A stretch of 64,000 nucleotides of DNA. Source: Fimicolochytrium jonesii. Lineage: Eukaryota. The first letter of the stretch is position 1; each line of letters begins with the position of its first letter. Position numbers and translations under genes: made by a program. The notes under the pieces are model-generated. The model saw only the letters and a program-made list of their open reading frames with translations, had not been told where the DNA came from and did no database searches. Positions 1-12,900 of this stretch are shown here, one piece after another. Location of the stretch: contig NW_026515670.1 of the NCBI RefSeq assembly GCF_025526975.1, positions 1,674,001-1,738,000 on the forward strand, written 5' to 3'.

Positions 1-3000
1 GTCCACCAAGGCCGTCGCGCAAACCATGGGCCGCTTGCAAATACCCCAGTGCTCTCCGTGGGCCGGTGATGATGCTTTATCAAGCAAGATCTCGTTCCCT
101 TACTTTTTCCGGACGTTGAGTGGTGCCTCGGACGACATCTCCTACCTTCTGCCCGTCATGAAATACTTTGGCTGGACCCAATTTTCCTTCATCTATTGCG
201 ATTCGGCGCTCGGGAATGCATGTAAGCAAGCTAATCGAATTACGTGACACCCGCAGGATGTGTAACTTTTTAAACTTGACATTCGTTCTATTCCGCGTTT
301 TAGACCAAACGGCGTTGACGGATCTCGTGATAACTGACGCTCGGTGGCAGATTACGAGCAAATTCACAAACGGCGTATGGCTTGGTTCCGACAGTACGTT
401 GGCGCATTACCATATCAATGGTTTTCGTGATCGGCTAATGCCAAGTGTTCTTGCTCTAACTAAAAGATGGATACCCCTCCCTCTCTCCCCTGGGCTTGCT
501 ACTTGTCGTTTCCCCACAGGCACGGACATTGCCATTGCCGTTGATCAAATGACACGCGCATTTGCCGATGGAACTCGTGTCTTGTTCTTGGCTGGGAATA
601 TGGATTGGATGGCCGCCATGTTGTTGTTCGCTTACAAAGCTGGGCTTATGCGTGACGATATGGTTTGGTTGACTACCCAGGTGAGAGATTTACTAGATGT
701 ATGCTGTTTTACGTTGTACATAGCTGCGCACTCTTGGTTTACATGTTGCATCCCAAATTTTACAAAAAGGATGTTTCAGAGGAGCTCGATATTGCTACAA
801 GGGACACAGCCTTGACTCAGAAGATTATGCGTGGATCTTTCTTTGGCACCGCTGGTGCCGCAAATACCCCTGCCAGCGAACAATTTTTAGAAAGGCTTCC
901 AAAGCTGGACACCACGTTGTATCCTGACCTTGGGCTTCCGGGTGTCAGCAACTTGGAGTGAGTTATCTTTACCTCTGATTATGCCAAGGAGTTGCTTCGC
1001 AACTGCGATGTATTAATCATGATCTTCGTATAAGTGTGTCGTACGCTTGCGTCCAGGCGCTCGCTGCTGGCTGGGGGAAGGTACGCTCACCAACCTTTCC
1101 AACACCAAAGCTGGTCTGGCCACCTGTGAACGAGCACTTTAACACTCGCTTTAACATCCTATCGCTATCGGGCTCCCTTTTCGCAAATGCTAGTTCTTGG
1201 CGGATGGCGCGGCAAAAGGTGATCCCACAGTGACTTTGGAGAACCTCGCTAGTGGGACCTTCAACGCCAATTTTACGCCCGATGTATGGAATACGGGGGC
1301 CGATAGCCCGGTTGGATACCTCACTTTTGACGAACATGGAGATATGGTCCCCGCGTGAGTGTCCCATTGAGCCAAGCTTGCCGATACTTGCTGCTTCACT
1401 TACTCGCTTGCGATTCCAAAAGCTTCTACCAGATCTACAATTTCAACGGCACAGATATGATGGTTGTCGGAAGATCCGATCAAATCGACTACACTCCTAA
1501 CCAGGCACCCATATTCAGAGATGGATCCAGTGCTGTGCCGCGGACAGCTCTGGAAAGAGTCGTCGTAAATTCCACTTGGGGAAGCAACGATGCGGTCACC
1601 TTCCTGGTGGTCAGCGTCCTAGGGATCATTGTGACATTAGTCACTACGGGGACGATATGGATGAATAGACGACATCCTGTCGTAAAAAGAGCCAGTCCAG
1701 CTTTTTCAATGGTGAGAACGTCAAGTGCGACAACGTAAGCACATATTACCTGCTCTATTGGGCGAGTTTTATTGATCGGTACAATCGTCTGCGCAGCTCA
1801 CGCTTTTAGGCATTATCGTGGGATACTGTACCATCTTTCCGTATATCGGCATTCCGGATTCGAAAGCGTGTGTGACGCAGACATGGTTGCCGCCTGTGGC
1901 CTTCAGTTTGGTTTACGGAAGCATTGCCGGTTGGTCTTCATAATTGCAAATTTTCGTTTCATTCTTCCAGCTGGAAGCTTCATTCTCACCCTCTCGATCT
2001 ACCATGTGGCTCTCTTCCGGCTTGTGTAGTAAAGTCTTGGCGGCTCTACAAGTAAGTGGACGAAAAGCTTTTGGAGAGAAGCAAGAGGCCATCTATTGTA
2101 ATGTGGTCTTCATCGGATTCCGTTACTCTTTCTCACTGGCAATCATCTGTCCCCCGCGCTGCTTGAAAATGTAACAGGATCTTCAACCATCCATTCCTCT
2201 CAAAGAATTTGACAGTGAAAACTCCGGAATTGCTTCTTTACGTCACCATACAGCTGGCTATCCAAGCAGTAAGCAATAAGCATTCCATTTGGTTGTGATG
2301 TCAGCCATCTGATTTTGATCTTTTTGGTTCCGCAAGGTTATTTTAATAACTTGGGCGGTTTACGATGCCCCGCATCCAATTAGCATCAATATATCCACGA
2401 CTGAGAAGATTTGGCTCTGCCGTTCTTCAAGCAGCTCCGTGCAGCATGCTTTTGAGGCATCGCTTTACGGGACCAATGGCATGTTGATGGCTTTTGTGCT
2501 GTTTCTCACCTGGAAAAACCGCGCCATCGATTCGAGCTACAACGAAACGTCGCGCATTGCAGCGGCTTCATGGAACTTTGTCGCGTTGTTGGCCATCGGT
2601 CTGCCGCTGGTGTACCTTCCAGCCCTGTACAGCTATCAGTTCATCATGCGCCACGTTCTCTTCCTGCTTATGACGACGTTCACGCTCATGATGTTATTTG
2701 GACCGGCAGTGTTGCAGATCGCCGGTATCAGAGCGAATGAGGTCGACTTGAATGAAGCGAATAAGTTCATGCGGATGACCTTCACAGCTTCCGCCATGAC
2801 CGGGGTTTCAGATTCCGCTCTGTCCTCGTCGCTCGTTTCGAATTCGGTTAGTAAAGCCTGCGTGGAAGGGGCGGGGTTCAAGGGATCCCTGCTGACTTTA
2901 CGCACTCAAACATCTGTGTCAAACATCTGCGGTCATCCTTGACTTAACTGTTACTGATGACATGTTGCTCTCCCCACCTCCCTCCTTCATTATGCAGGTT

Positions 3001-3615
3001 GTCGTGCCGGTAATGATAGAGGGCGGCATAAGAACGTGGTTGAACCGGTGGGAGATCTTTCGAGTATTGCTCTTTCCCAGCATGCATCACCTATACCTCG
3101 TGGATGTGAGTGCGAGCTTGACTCCGGCGGGAGATTCTAGCGGTCCTTCTGGTTTGCTCTTCGTTGATATATTCTTCTCCGCCACGCCCCGTACACCACA
3201 GGATGATGGAGGGAGAGCGCTCATGTACCGACTGAGCAACGTGAGCATAAAAGCAGACTGTACCCAGGATGCGGCCACGGAAGCGGAACCGGGTGGCGAT
3301 GGTAGTGGTGGTCATCCAGACGATGGAGGCACAAACGCTGACAGCGGCCGAAAACAAGCAGGGAATGGAGCGGACCTCATTCTGGCATTCAAGCAGCCGG
3401 GGAAGCCGAAAACGACCGTCAGGATGTCTTTCAGTAGCCACGCCGAGCAGGCTCATTGGCACAGTCTTTTGGAGAAAGCCGCGGCGGTCAGCCGCTCAAA
3501 GACGACCTCCCCAACCGGCAGCGGAGCGAAAGACCCTCAGATGAACAAGGACCACGCCTTGCGTGGGGGTTCGCCGAGATCGAAAGACGTTTTGAAAACT
3601 GGAACGGAGGTGTAA
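1..3615 (+). CDS. Class C (GABA-B/metabotropic-like) GPCR: Venus-flytrap ligand-binding domain + 7TM + C-terminal PH-like domain; multi-exon, 5' end outside window
   Basis: ANF-receptor-like segment IPQCSPWAGDDALSSKISFPYFFRT...YFGW; TM1 followed by NRRHPVVKRASPAF; TM5-7 LTWKNRAIDSSYNETSRIAAASWN...LFGP typical of 7tm_3; GT-AG introns; stop TAA at 3613-3615. Confidence 0.85.
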
Positions 3616-3729
3616 TGTCACCAACATGCCTGGCGGCAGTCGTTTAGTACACCTCTCGCAGCCGTCCGACTGCAAAGGCAAACATTTTCAGAGAAATTAT
3701 ATCTCCAAGACAATACATATTGTAACACC

Positions 3730-4410
3730 TTGAACTTGTGGGAGAATTTCGCGGCAAAAGCCTCCTCAGCATCCTCGCAAGCTGCAAGCACCTGCGTGCC
3801 TTAACTCTCGGTCCTTGCCAGAAGGAGGATTTTTTCCGGCACGATCTGAAGAAGCAGCCTTCAAATTCGTTGTCCTTGGCATTCCCGCGCCTTGTATCGT
3901 TTCGGGTAGCCAAGAGGGGACCCCTCATTCTTACCCGAATTGTGTGATCCATTTCTGCCTATCTTCGGCAACTCCCTCCAACATGTTGATCTCGGTAGGC
4001 ATCATCCGAAGAAGACTCCTCGATACACCAACTTGAGAACGCTGATCGTACCAGACACCCAGGTGTTTGAAGAGACGCCGACAAGTCTAGCATGCTACAC
4101 CGCCTACAGATCAGATATTGACCGACACACACCATCTATGCGTAAACCTTCTACATTACTTTGCACCTCTCAGAAATCTCACACTCCGGCTGGGACCGGT
4201 GCGATAAAATAGATTTCAGATCGACATCGCACAGTTCGGCGAAAAACTCAGATCACTCGCCCTTTCATTGCTGGAAACGATCTCACAACACTGTCCCGCG
4301 CTGCAGTATCTGACAGTGCTCGGCGATGAACCAACCGGGAACCCCTCAGGGTTCGACTCCACATCCCCGTACAAGCTGCAAAACGTCCTTGGAGTCAACC
4401 CTGAGGGCTT
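3730..4410 (+). pseudogene. Degraded LRR/F-box-associated protein remnant
   Basis: Frameshifted fragments ILASCKHLRALTL, FPRLVSF, SLQHVDL, TNLRTLIV, ISQHCPALQYLTVL resemble Cys-containing LRRs; no intact ORF. Confidence 0.5.
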
Positions 4411-4413
4411 CTA

Positions 4414-4426
4414 TAACCCTAACCCT
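4414..4426 (+). repeat. Interstitial telomeric repeat TAACCCTAACCCT
   Basis: Read directly; supplies the TAG stop of the minus-strand ORF 4419-4709. Confidence 0.8.
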
Positions 4427-5570
4427 CGGCGCCACTTGTTCTAGCCGTTCGCTCTCCCAGGAGATTCTGACGGAGCATTGCGGCTTCGTATTGCCTCGCG
4501 TGCCTTTTTGTTGCCTTCAACAGTTCATCCTTCGCTCTGATCGTCTGGTCCTTCGCAATAATTGCTGCGGTTTGGGCCGCTATGACGTCCTCCTTCGCTG
4601 TGTCGACGTGCCTTTCGACCGTTTGGTCAAAGAAGGTGGACAGAACTGTTGCTAGTGTCTCTGGCGTCACCAAGAGGGTCATCTCACTCGGTTTGGAATT
4701 GGTATCCACCTTGCCTTCCAGGCGACTCCGTTTCTCCGGAGGGCTCTGAATCTCGCGCTCGGCCGGCCGCTTGCCCTTCGCAAGTTCTACCCCTTCCGGG
4801 ACACATGGTTCAAAATTAAGTGGTTGTTTGTACAGGAGGCGAAAGCGGTCATGCGCCGCAACAAACTCGCTCCGCCCAGCCTCCTGGCTCTGGCCCTACA
4901 GAAGGACGGATTATGAGTGGTCTTCATAGTTAACGTCCAAGAGCAACCGCCATCTATGGCCAGCGGGTTTAGATAAGCATAGAACCCATCCCCCGCGTTC
5001 CCGGTTGCTATAACACGATACCGCGGGGTGCTGCCATAGACTATCGGCACTGGCAGCGGGTTTAGATACGCATAGAACCCATCCCTCGCGCTCCCGGTTA
5101 CAATAACACGAGTTCGCGAGTTGCTGCCAGCCCGACGGCGCCTTTGGAATATCTTGGAATACATATGATATTCTTACCAGCAGAAACCTGTCAAAACCAT
5201 TCCGTAGCCGCCTCGAGTCTTGGTACGCCAACACGGCCGCATCGTCTTCTTCATCCTCTGCCAGGTGGTAGTATGCAGTGGACTCTTTGAGGGCGTCGAA
5301 AACTTTTCGCATGTCATGTATGTATTCGTCCCAGAGCGCGTTCGAATCCTTCGCATAAATGTAGGACGGATCTTTCGTTTTCAGACACCATAGTGGTGTC
5401 AGTTCTTTCTTGCCGTATGCGTCGATCGCGTCCTTGTAGCAATCCCTGTGCTCGTCCGTTTGCCAGTGCACGGCGGTGGCCGCCCGCACACTTGAGTAGG
5501 CTTTTAATCCTACGGACGGGCTCGGTGTGGGCCCTCGAGCAACCTAATGTCAAAGTACTGTCAAACAATC
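4419..5570 (-). pseudogene. Disrupted gene of unknown function with coiled-coil C-terminal part, truncated at a telomeric tract
   Basis: ORF pieces 4911-5489 and 4419-4709 (IIAKDQTIRAKDELL) separated by stops; internal duplication. Confidence 0.45.
4961..5111. repeat. Imperfect ~58-bp direct duplication (4961-5018, 5054-5111)
   Basis: CAGCGGGTTTAGATA.GCATAGAACCCATCCC.CGCG.TCCCGGTT.C.ATAACACGA occurs twice. Confidence 0.85.
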
Positions 5571-5714
5571 TCCGCTCGATTACATAAGGCGCGACGTGCA
5601 GGGCTGGAGTTCGTGCTATAGACAGAGCATAAAAACTCTAACGAAGATTCGGCTACGGCATGCGCACATGCAGTTATGTCGACAGGTTGGCGGATGAAAG
5701 TTCCATCAGGTGGA

Positions 5715-5808
5715 AACCCTCACCCTAACCCTAACCCTAACCCCCCCCCGCCACCCAAAACCCTATACAAGCCCATGTTGATATTTCTTGAACCCTAACC
5801 CTAACCCT
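5715..5808 (+). repeat. Two interstitial telomeric tracts (CCCTAA)~4 at 5715-5743 and (AACCCT)3 at 5791-5808
   Basis: Read directly. Confidence 0.9.
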
Positions 5809-5967
5809 TGTAGCCTAAGATCCGAGACGGCCGTCGCGTGGAGTGAGAGAGAAGCGGAGGTTCGATCCACAGCGGCAAGCCAGGTTTCCCTCGCCCCACA
5901 AGTGTGATCTACGACGAAGAGCTGCACATCCGACTCACTTGCAGGACACACCCCACGACTCAACGCA

Positions 5968-8900
5968 ATGCCCGCGGTCCCCTCCCCGTCCGACGGGACA
6001 AGTCCCACAGGCGGCAAAGAGACGCCTTCTCTCAAACACGTCGGTCTGGGCCACACAGGCTCCTCCAAGCGCGGGGGAGTCGTCGACCACGTCCGTCAGC
6101 GCAATGTCGGCCACCGGCGCAAGCGTCTCAACAAGGGCGGGTCCTACGGTGTGCGGCTGGCCCACGATATGCTTGCCGCGTTGCCTGAAGCTCGAGCTGA
6201 CGTTGGCGGCGACGAGAATAACGTGATTGCGTTCCACTTGGATAAGGTTGACGCCGATACGTCTGAGCATCAACTCTCGCCTGAGAAGCTGCAGGAGGCT
6301 GGAACCTCTACCGATGCTGCTGCTGCCGCCGTCGCCGCCTCTGCGAAGCCCGCCGCCGCTGGTCAGCGCCCGGCTTCTCTCTCCCTACCCGCTGAACCTC
6401 TCAAGCAACTGTACGGCCCGTGGCTCAACTTCGTCAACACAGACTTGGAGAAGAACGCTTGGTTAGGCAACATCCTCGTCATGTACCACGAGTCTCGTGA
6501 GATGCCAAAGATTCGCATCCACAATGAACTCGATGGCTCCCGTTGGCTGGAACCAACAGTCTTGGACAAGAACGTTTGCTCAACTGGATACACCGCCGTG
6601 AGATATGACATTACCGTTAGTCTGCACGAAAAGCCCACTAACGCGCTCATCGACGCCGCCGACGCTGATGACCCGCAAGCGCAATACGCCCGTGTGCACC
6701 ATATGGATACGGGTTCACCGGCCGTGTCTCCCGGTTTCTCTCAGGAAGTCACATATGTGCTTGATCCTGAGAAGTTCGACACGGCGGCTGGCACCGGCGC
6801 CAAGCGTTTGGACTGGAGCACCGAAGGCACTAAGACCTTCAATTTCCATGTCGCTGCACGTGATGAGCCTTGGCACTGGTCGTTCTACAGTTGCAATGGG
6901 TTTGGTACCGATTGTAAGGAGCCAGAGGAGAGGTTCGACGGAATCCGGCCCATGTGGCGCGATATGCTCCAAGTAAACGCCAAGCGTCCGTTGCATGTGA
7001 TGTAAGTAACGAATCATTCGTGATTTGAATGAAGGAGTCACCGATCTCACTACTATCAATTGCAGGGTCGGCGGAGGTGATCAAATTTATCAAGACGATC
7101 TGTTCTTCCACTGCCAATCACTGAGACAGTGGCTCGACATTTTCGATGCATATGAACGTGAAAGCTACGAGTTCTCCGCAGCAATGAAGATCGAGGTCGA
7201 GAGGTACTACCTGATGCACTACATGGCCCACTTCTCGCAGCCCGTCCTGGGCGACGCCATGGCCATCATTCCCGGAATCAACATCGTCGACGACCACGAT
7301 ATCTTTGACGGATTCGGATCGTACCCGGACGCCCTGCAAAGCTGCCCCGTGTTCCGAGGCATCGGTGCCATCGGACTCCGCTTCTACCTGCTCTTCCAGC
7401 ACCACACTACGACTGAGCGGGCCTGCGACGATGGGTTCTGGGGTGGATCGTCGGGTTACAACTTCGTGCGTCAGTTTGGACCGCGCACGGCCATTTTTGG
7501 TCAGGACGGTCGTTTTGAGCGAACCAAGCAGCGTGTCAACGACCCAAAGAGCTGGGATCTTCTGTTCAACGAGCACCTAGCCAAGCTACCCGATACGGTC
7601 GAGCACTTGATCTTTGCCTCCGGTGTACCCGTCAGTTTCCCCGTTCTGGGCGTGACGGAGAAAGTGATGCAGTTCATGTCGACCATCCGTCGCTGGTCCG
7701 GGTTCCGCAAGCTGTTCCGGTTCAGCGGCATGTACAAGAAACTGGGTCTTGCGTTCGGCGAGCCCAGTAACCTCGACGACCTCGTCGACCACTGGAACTC
7801 TGACTTCCATATTGACGAACGTAACGAGCTCATTGAGCGGTTCCAAAAGTTCTCTCAGGAGCGCTCCATCCGTGTCACCATGATTGCCGGTGACGTTCAC
7901 TGCGCGGCGGTCGCTCAGCTTAGGACTCAGGGAGAGTTCAACAAGGAGACCAAACACACCTACGAAGTGCCACCACTCCAAGATTATCGCCTCATGTACA
8001 ACATCGTCTCTTCGGCTATTGGCAACCAGCCGCCCCCCAAGGTCGTGCTGAAACTGTTCCAATGGTCGTCGTCGCGTCGCCCGGTCAAGAACGTTAAGAA
8101 CACCACCGAGGGTTTGGTGCATGTCTTCCAACACGATGTGGATGGCAAGAGAAACAAGAAGGGACACAGGAAGATCATGGCGAGGAGGAATTGGTGCGAG
8201 GTGGATGAGATTGTCTCCCGGCATCACATTGAGGATCCCACGAAGCCAATTGCCAACGCGGACGCCGCCCGCGTCGTGGAAGAGAACGCTCAACAAAGCG
8301 TCACCTCCACCCCCGAAGTCGCCATCTTCCGTCTCCGTTTCGAACCGCCGCGCAACACCCTCAAAATCCCCATCGGTGTTTACCACGTCTCCGTCCCGCG
8401 TCTCGTCGTCGGCCACCAGCGCGAGAAGCAACATCCGGAACTCGTCAAGATGGCCGAATCGCGTCACGAGCTAGGCGTGGGTGTCTCGGAACTCGATGAG
8501 CGTGAGCCGTCGCAGACCAACTTGTCGGGCGAGAACAGCGAGCAGGCAAACAAAAAGACTAAAGTGCCTGAGCTGCACGATGACGACCATACCACGGGGG
8601 CCCCCGCTGGCAACGACACGGACGCACAGTATGCACAGCCTAATCCCGAAACGATCTTTGACCCTGAGACTGTGGAGAAACTGAAACAGAAGGAACAGAA
8701 CCACCACATGCTGCCGCTGAAATCATTGACGACCGCCGCCCACGTGCAGAAGCCCGAGTCGAACGGCACGCAGAGCAGTTTCGGCACGTCGGGGACGGAT
8801 ACTACCACGACGCCCAACAGCACCGATGCTGCAGCGAATACGAATTTGAACGGATATGTCAGCAAAGGCGACGCTCTCCCTGGCGTTCCATTAACGCGAC

Positions 8901-9028
8901 AACAGCCCAACGCGTGGCCGAATCGCGATGCAGAGGCGAAAGCGGACCAAGCGGATGCGAAAGCGGACGGCCCACATCCGTTTGCGGCTAATGTGTCGAC
9001 GCAGTCTCTGGGCACGCGGGTAAATTAG
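5968..9028 (+). CDS. PhoD-like metallophosphatase domain protein (fungal PhoD_2-type), 2 exons (intron ~7002-7066)
   Basis: Motifs SCNGF, HVM-VGGGDQIYQD, DDHDIFDGFGSY, DDLVDHW, IAGDVH, VSSAIGN. Confidence 0.88.
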
Positions 9029-9904
9029 CGAACGAAACGTTCTCATATGTCGAACCGGCGTTTTTGTTGGAAACGGCCGTGGGCTACTCCCATAGATAAG
9101 CCTATTCCATGTCATCCTTGAACTCTTCTATATTGCGTTCATCATTTTTCCACGTCTTTCATAACCCCTCTTTTCCCTTCCCATATCTGTGTAATTAGTA
9201 CGCATAAACCTAATATTACCAGCATTCTATCATCCTCAACAACGCTCAATACATTGCACCTCTTGATTATTTTCCTCGCCGCCAGTTGAGAGAGAGAGGT
9301 GATGCTCTGGTGATGCTACTGTACAATACATGAGAAGCCCTTTATATTACGTACAGTACCCCCCGCAAGTAGGGTTACTGTACCATGGGTGGGCACAAGC
9401 GCGTGCCTTTGGTTGCTTTGCTCTTCCGGTGCCAAGTGATGACATCAAGCGGTAATACGCTAACCCTGAACCCTGTAAGTAATTTAGCAGCGGAAAGAGG
9501 GGAAAGGGGGGCCGCGCAAAAGATCAATCGATCCGCTCATGGATGCACGCTAGCTGCAGGTGCTCCCATGTGCGTTTTCGCTCTCACAGAACTGACTCGA
9601 GGCGTTCTCGGGGCTTGACAACCACAACCCACATCGACTACATCCGCCCCCGGGAGCCCCATCGCCTCACAACGCTCCACCTAGTACTGTAATCAGAGGA
9701 GACAGAAAGGTAAGAACCCTTTACTCGTACACAGAAGTGGGCATCACGCACTGCGCAGTGAGGTCTCGTATCTCTGCCAGGTGGCAATCTCGCTGATTCT
9801 CCCACGCCAATAGCCATCACAACGGACGTTGACTTGACCGCCAAAACGATTCCCACCACATCGCACAAAGGCGGGAATAACCCCGAATCCAACTATCGCC
9901 CAAG

Positions 9905-12900
9905 ATGTGGCGTAGACCATTGAAGTTTGCCACGGCAACCGCCTCCCTCGGCGGAGTCGGCGCCGCCTATTACGCGCTGTCAGACCGCAAAGACTCCACA
10001 AACGCCCACCGGCTAGTCGAAGCTTACACCCCCAGCTTCCTGCTCCGCCACCCGCTCCACGCCGAGGCCCAGGGTCAGCCTATCACCGCAAAGGACAAGA
10101 CCCCGCACTCGCTATGGACCCCGCCATCGCGCAGGGAGATGGTGAATGAGTTGAAGGGGTTGCCGAAGGAGACCAAGGAGGGTGCTAAGGGGCCTGGTGG
10201 GGAGTTCGATTTGTTGATTGTGGGCGGTGGAGCGACGGGGACGGGGTGTGCGGTTGATGCCGCGACGAGAGGGTTGAGGGTGGCCCTTGTGGAGAGAGAC
10301 GATTTTGCTTCAGGTACGTGAGTGTGGCGAGTCAGAGCGTGGCGAGTCCGAGTGTGGCGAGTCCGAGCGTAGCGAGGGTTTGCGGCTGGTGTGCGGTAGG
10401 GAGCCCGAGCGGTAGTGAGTGCGGGCGGTTTGCGACAGGAGCCCGACCGATACCAAGGGCGACCATCGCAAACGCCATCGCGAGCGGAGCCAGTTCCCAT
10501 TGCGCCGAGGGCGCAATATTCCCCTTGCTACTGTTCTTAGCGACCATCGGCGAGCGAAGCGAGCTTAGCCCATCAGCTCAAGTTCCTTGTCGCTAGCGGA
10601 GCGAGCAGGGTATCGTTCAATTATCCGCCGCTTCACTTCTCGCTCATCCCATCGATCAATATGCCTCACTGCTCATCATACTCACCCACTTGATCACAGG
10701 AACAAGTTCGAGAAGTACAAAGTTGGTTCACGGCGGTGTACGATACCTGGAAAAGGCTTTCTGGGAACTGGACTACGAGCAATACAAGCTGGTGAAGGAG
10801 GCGCTTCACGAGCGTGGTGTTTTCCTGAAAATTGCGCCTTTCCTCTCGTATCAGCTGCCTACGATGATTCCACTTTACAAGTGAGCCATTAATCTTTCTT
10901 ACGCTCAGTACAGCTGACACAAGTGCTGACGTGTTTTTCCTGCAGAATGTGGAAGCTGCCATATTACTGGGCGGGTTGCAAAGCGTACGACGCACTTGCG
11001 TGGTTTAGCGGAGACGCGCTGTCGAACAGTTACTTCCTCAGCAAGCAGAAGGCACTTGAGGCCTTCCCCATGTTGAAGCAAACCGACCTGGTTGCTGCTT
11101 TGGTGTACTACGATGGTAAATGCATATGCGCAGGTGGTTCCCGATGGTACCGGGGATAAAGTCTAACTGTAACTTCGCATTCCAGGTGCCCACAACGACG
11201 CTCGAATGAACGTTGCTCTGGCGCTTACAGCCGTAGCCCATGGTGCCGTTGTCGCCAACCACACCGAAGTCGTCCGCCTCTTGAAGAAGAAGCGCACCAC
11301 GCATCTCGGCCTCTACAACCTTGGCCCCGAGGAAATCTACGGAGCGATCGTCCGTGACCACATGACCGGCGAAGAATGGGAGGTCAGGGCGAAGGGTGTC
11401 ATCAACGCAACTGGACCCTTCACCGATGGTCTGCGGAAGCTGGACTCTGGAGTGACGACCGCCGAAATCGTCGCACCAAGTTCCGGCACGCATATCGTTC
11501 TGCCTAGCTATTACAGCCCGCGGGATATGGGTCTCATTGACCCTGCTACCAGCGACGGACGCGTTATTTTCTTCCTGCCGTGGCAAGGAAGCACCATTGC
11601 TGGCACTACCGGTCAGTTTCCATGTCCCTCTCGCTTTGCATCAGCACATCCTTCGAACGGAAAAAATGATTGACACCTTTCCTTTTCCAGACGCACCGAC
11701 GGAAGTGACGCAAAACCCCATCCCCACCGAAAAGGAGATCGCGTGGATTCTAAGCGAAATCGAAAACTACCTCTCCCCAGACATTAAGGTCCGCCGAGGT
11801 GACGTCCTCGCCGCATGGTCTGGAATCAGGCCCTTGGTTCGCGACCCGCATGCCAAGAACACCGCAGCGCTTGTGAGGAATCACATGATCAATGTCAGCG
11901 CAAACGGCTTGTTGACTATTGCGGGGGGGAAGTGGACGACGTACAGAGAGATGGCCGCTGAGACAATCGATAAGGCTATTGAGGTCTTTGGTAAGTAAAC
12001 CGTATGACTCTACTTCGTACCGCGAAACGTTTTCATTCTTACCTGGTATTCTTTTCCCCCTTTCAGACCTTAAAGCATCCGGCCCTTCCAACACCGAACA
12101 CGTCCTCCTTGTCGGCTCGCACCACTGGGACAAAAACATGTACGTCAAGCTCGTCCAACACTTCGGTATCGAAGTTGAGGTTGCACAGCACCTCTCCGAA
12201 GCCTACGGTGACCGCGCCTGGGGAGTCGCCGCCATGGCCTCCCTCACGGGCTCCCGCTGGCCCGTTTTCGGCAAGCACATCGCACCAGGCTACCCGTACA
12301 TCGAAGCCGAGGTGCGCTATGCCGTGCGCCGCGAGTACGCTTGTACTGCCGTGGACGTCATCGCCCGCCGGACCCGTCTCGCCTTCCTGAACGCCCAGGC
12401 TGCCCTGGAAGCCCTGCCTCGCGTCATCGAGATTATGGCTGAGGAGCTCAACTGGTCCAAATCGCGCAAGCAGGAAGAGCTCGCAAAAGGAAAGGAATTC
12501 CTCGTCTACATGGGTCTGCGTGACCCCTCCACATCCTCCGACGCCAGTTTCTTTGAGCGGTCGCATTTCAGGCCGGAGGAGCTCACCAAAGCACAGGCGG
12601 AGTTCAGTAAGCTCGACGCGGATAAGGATGGACATATCAACCAGTCGGATTTGAAGACGGTTATGAAGACTTTGGGCCAGGATATCACCAAGGCGGATCT
12701 GGAGACAGTGTTGACGCATGTGGAGCTGAGGATGGTTGATTCGATTGAGTTCAACGAGTTCTTGGAGGTATGATATGATTGTCCGTCTTATTCAAACCCC
12801 CGACTTGCGATACATGCATATCCTTGTTTTCGCGTTTCTTCATGCATATCTAACTCCATCTCGCCCCTTCACATACACAGATCCTCGGAGTCGTGAAAGA

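Noticed and set aside
7586..8467. Long antisense ORFs over PhoD, GUT2, ZIP and other genes
   Set aside because: Shadow ORFs expected from GC-rich codon usage of the sense genes
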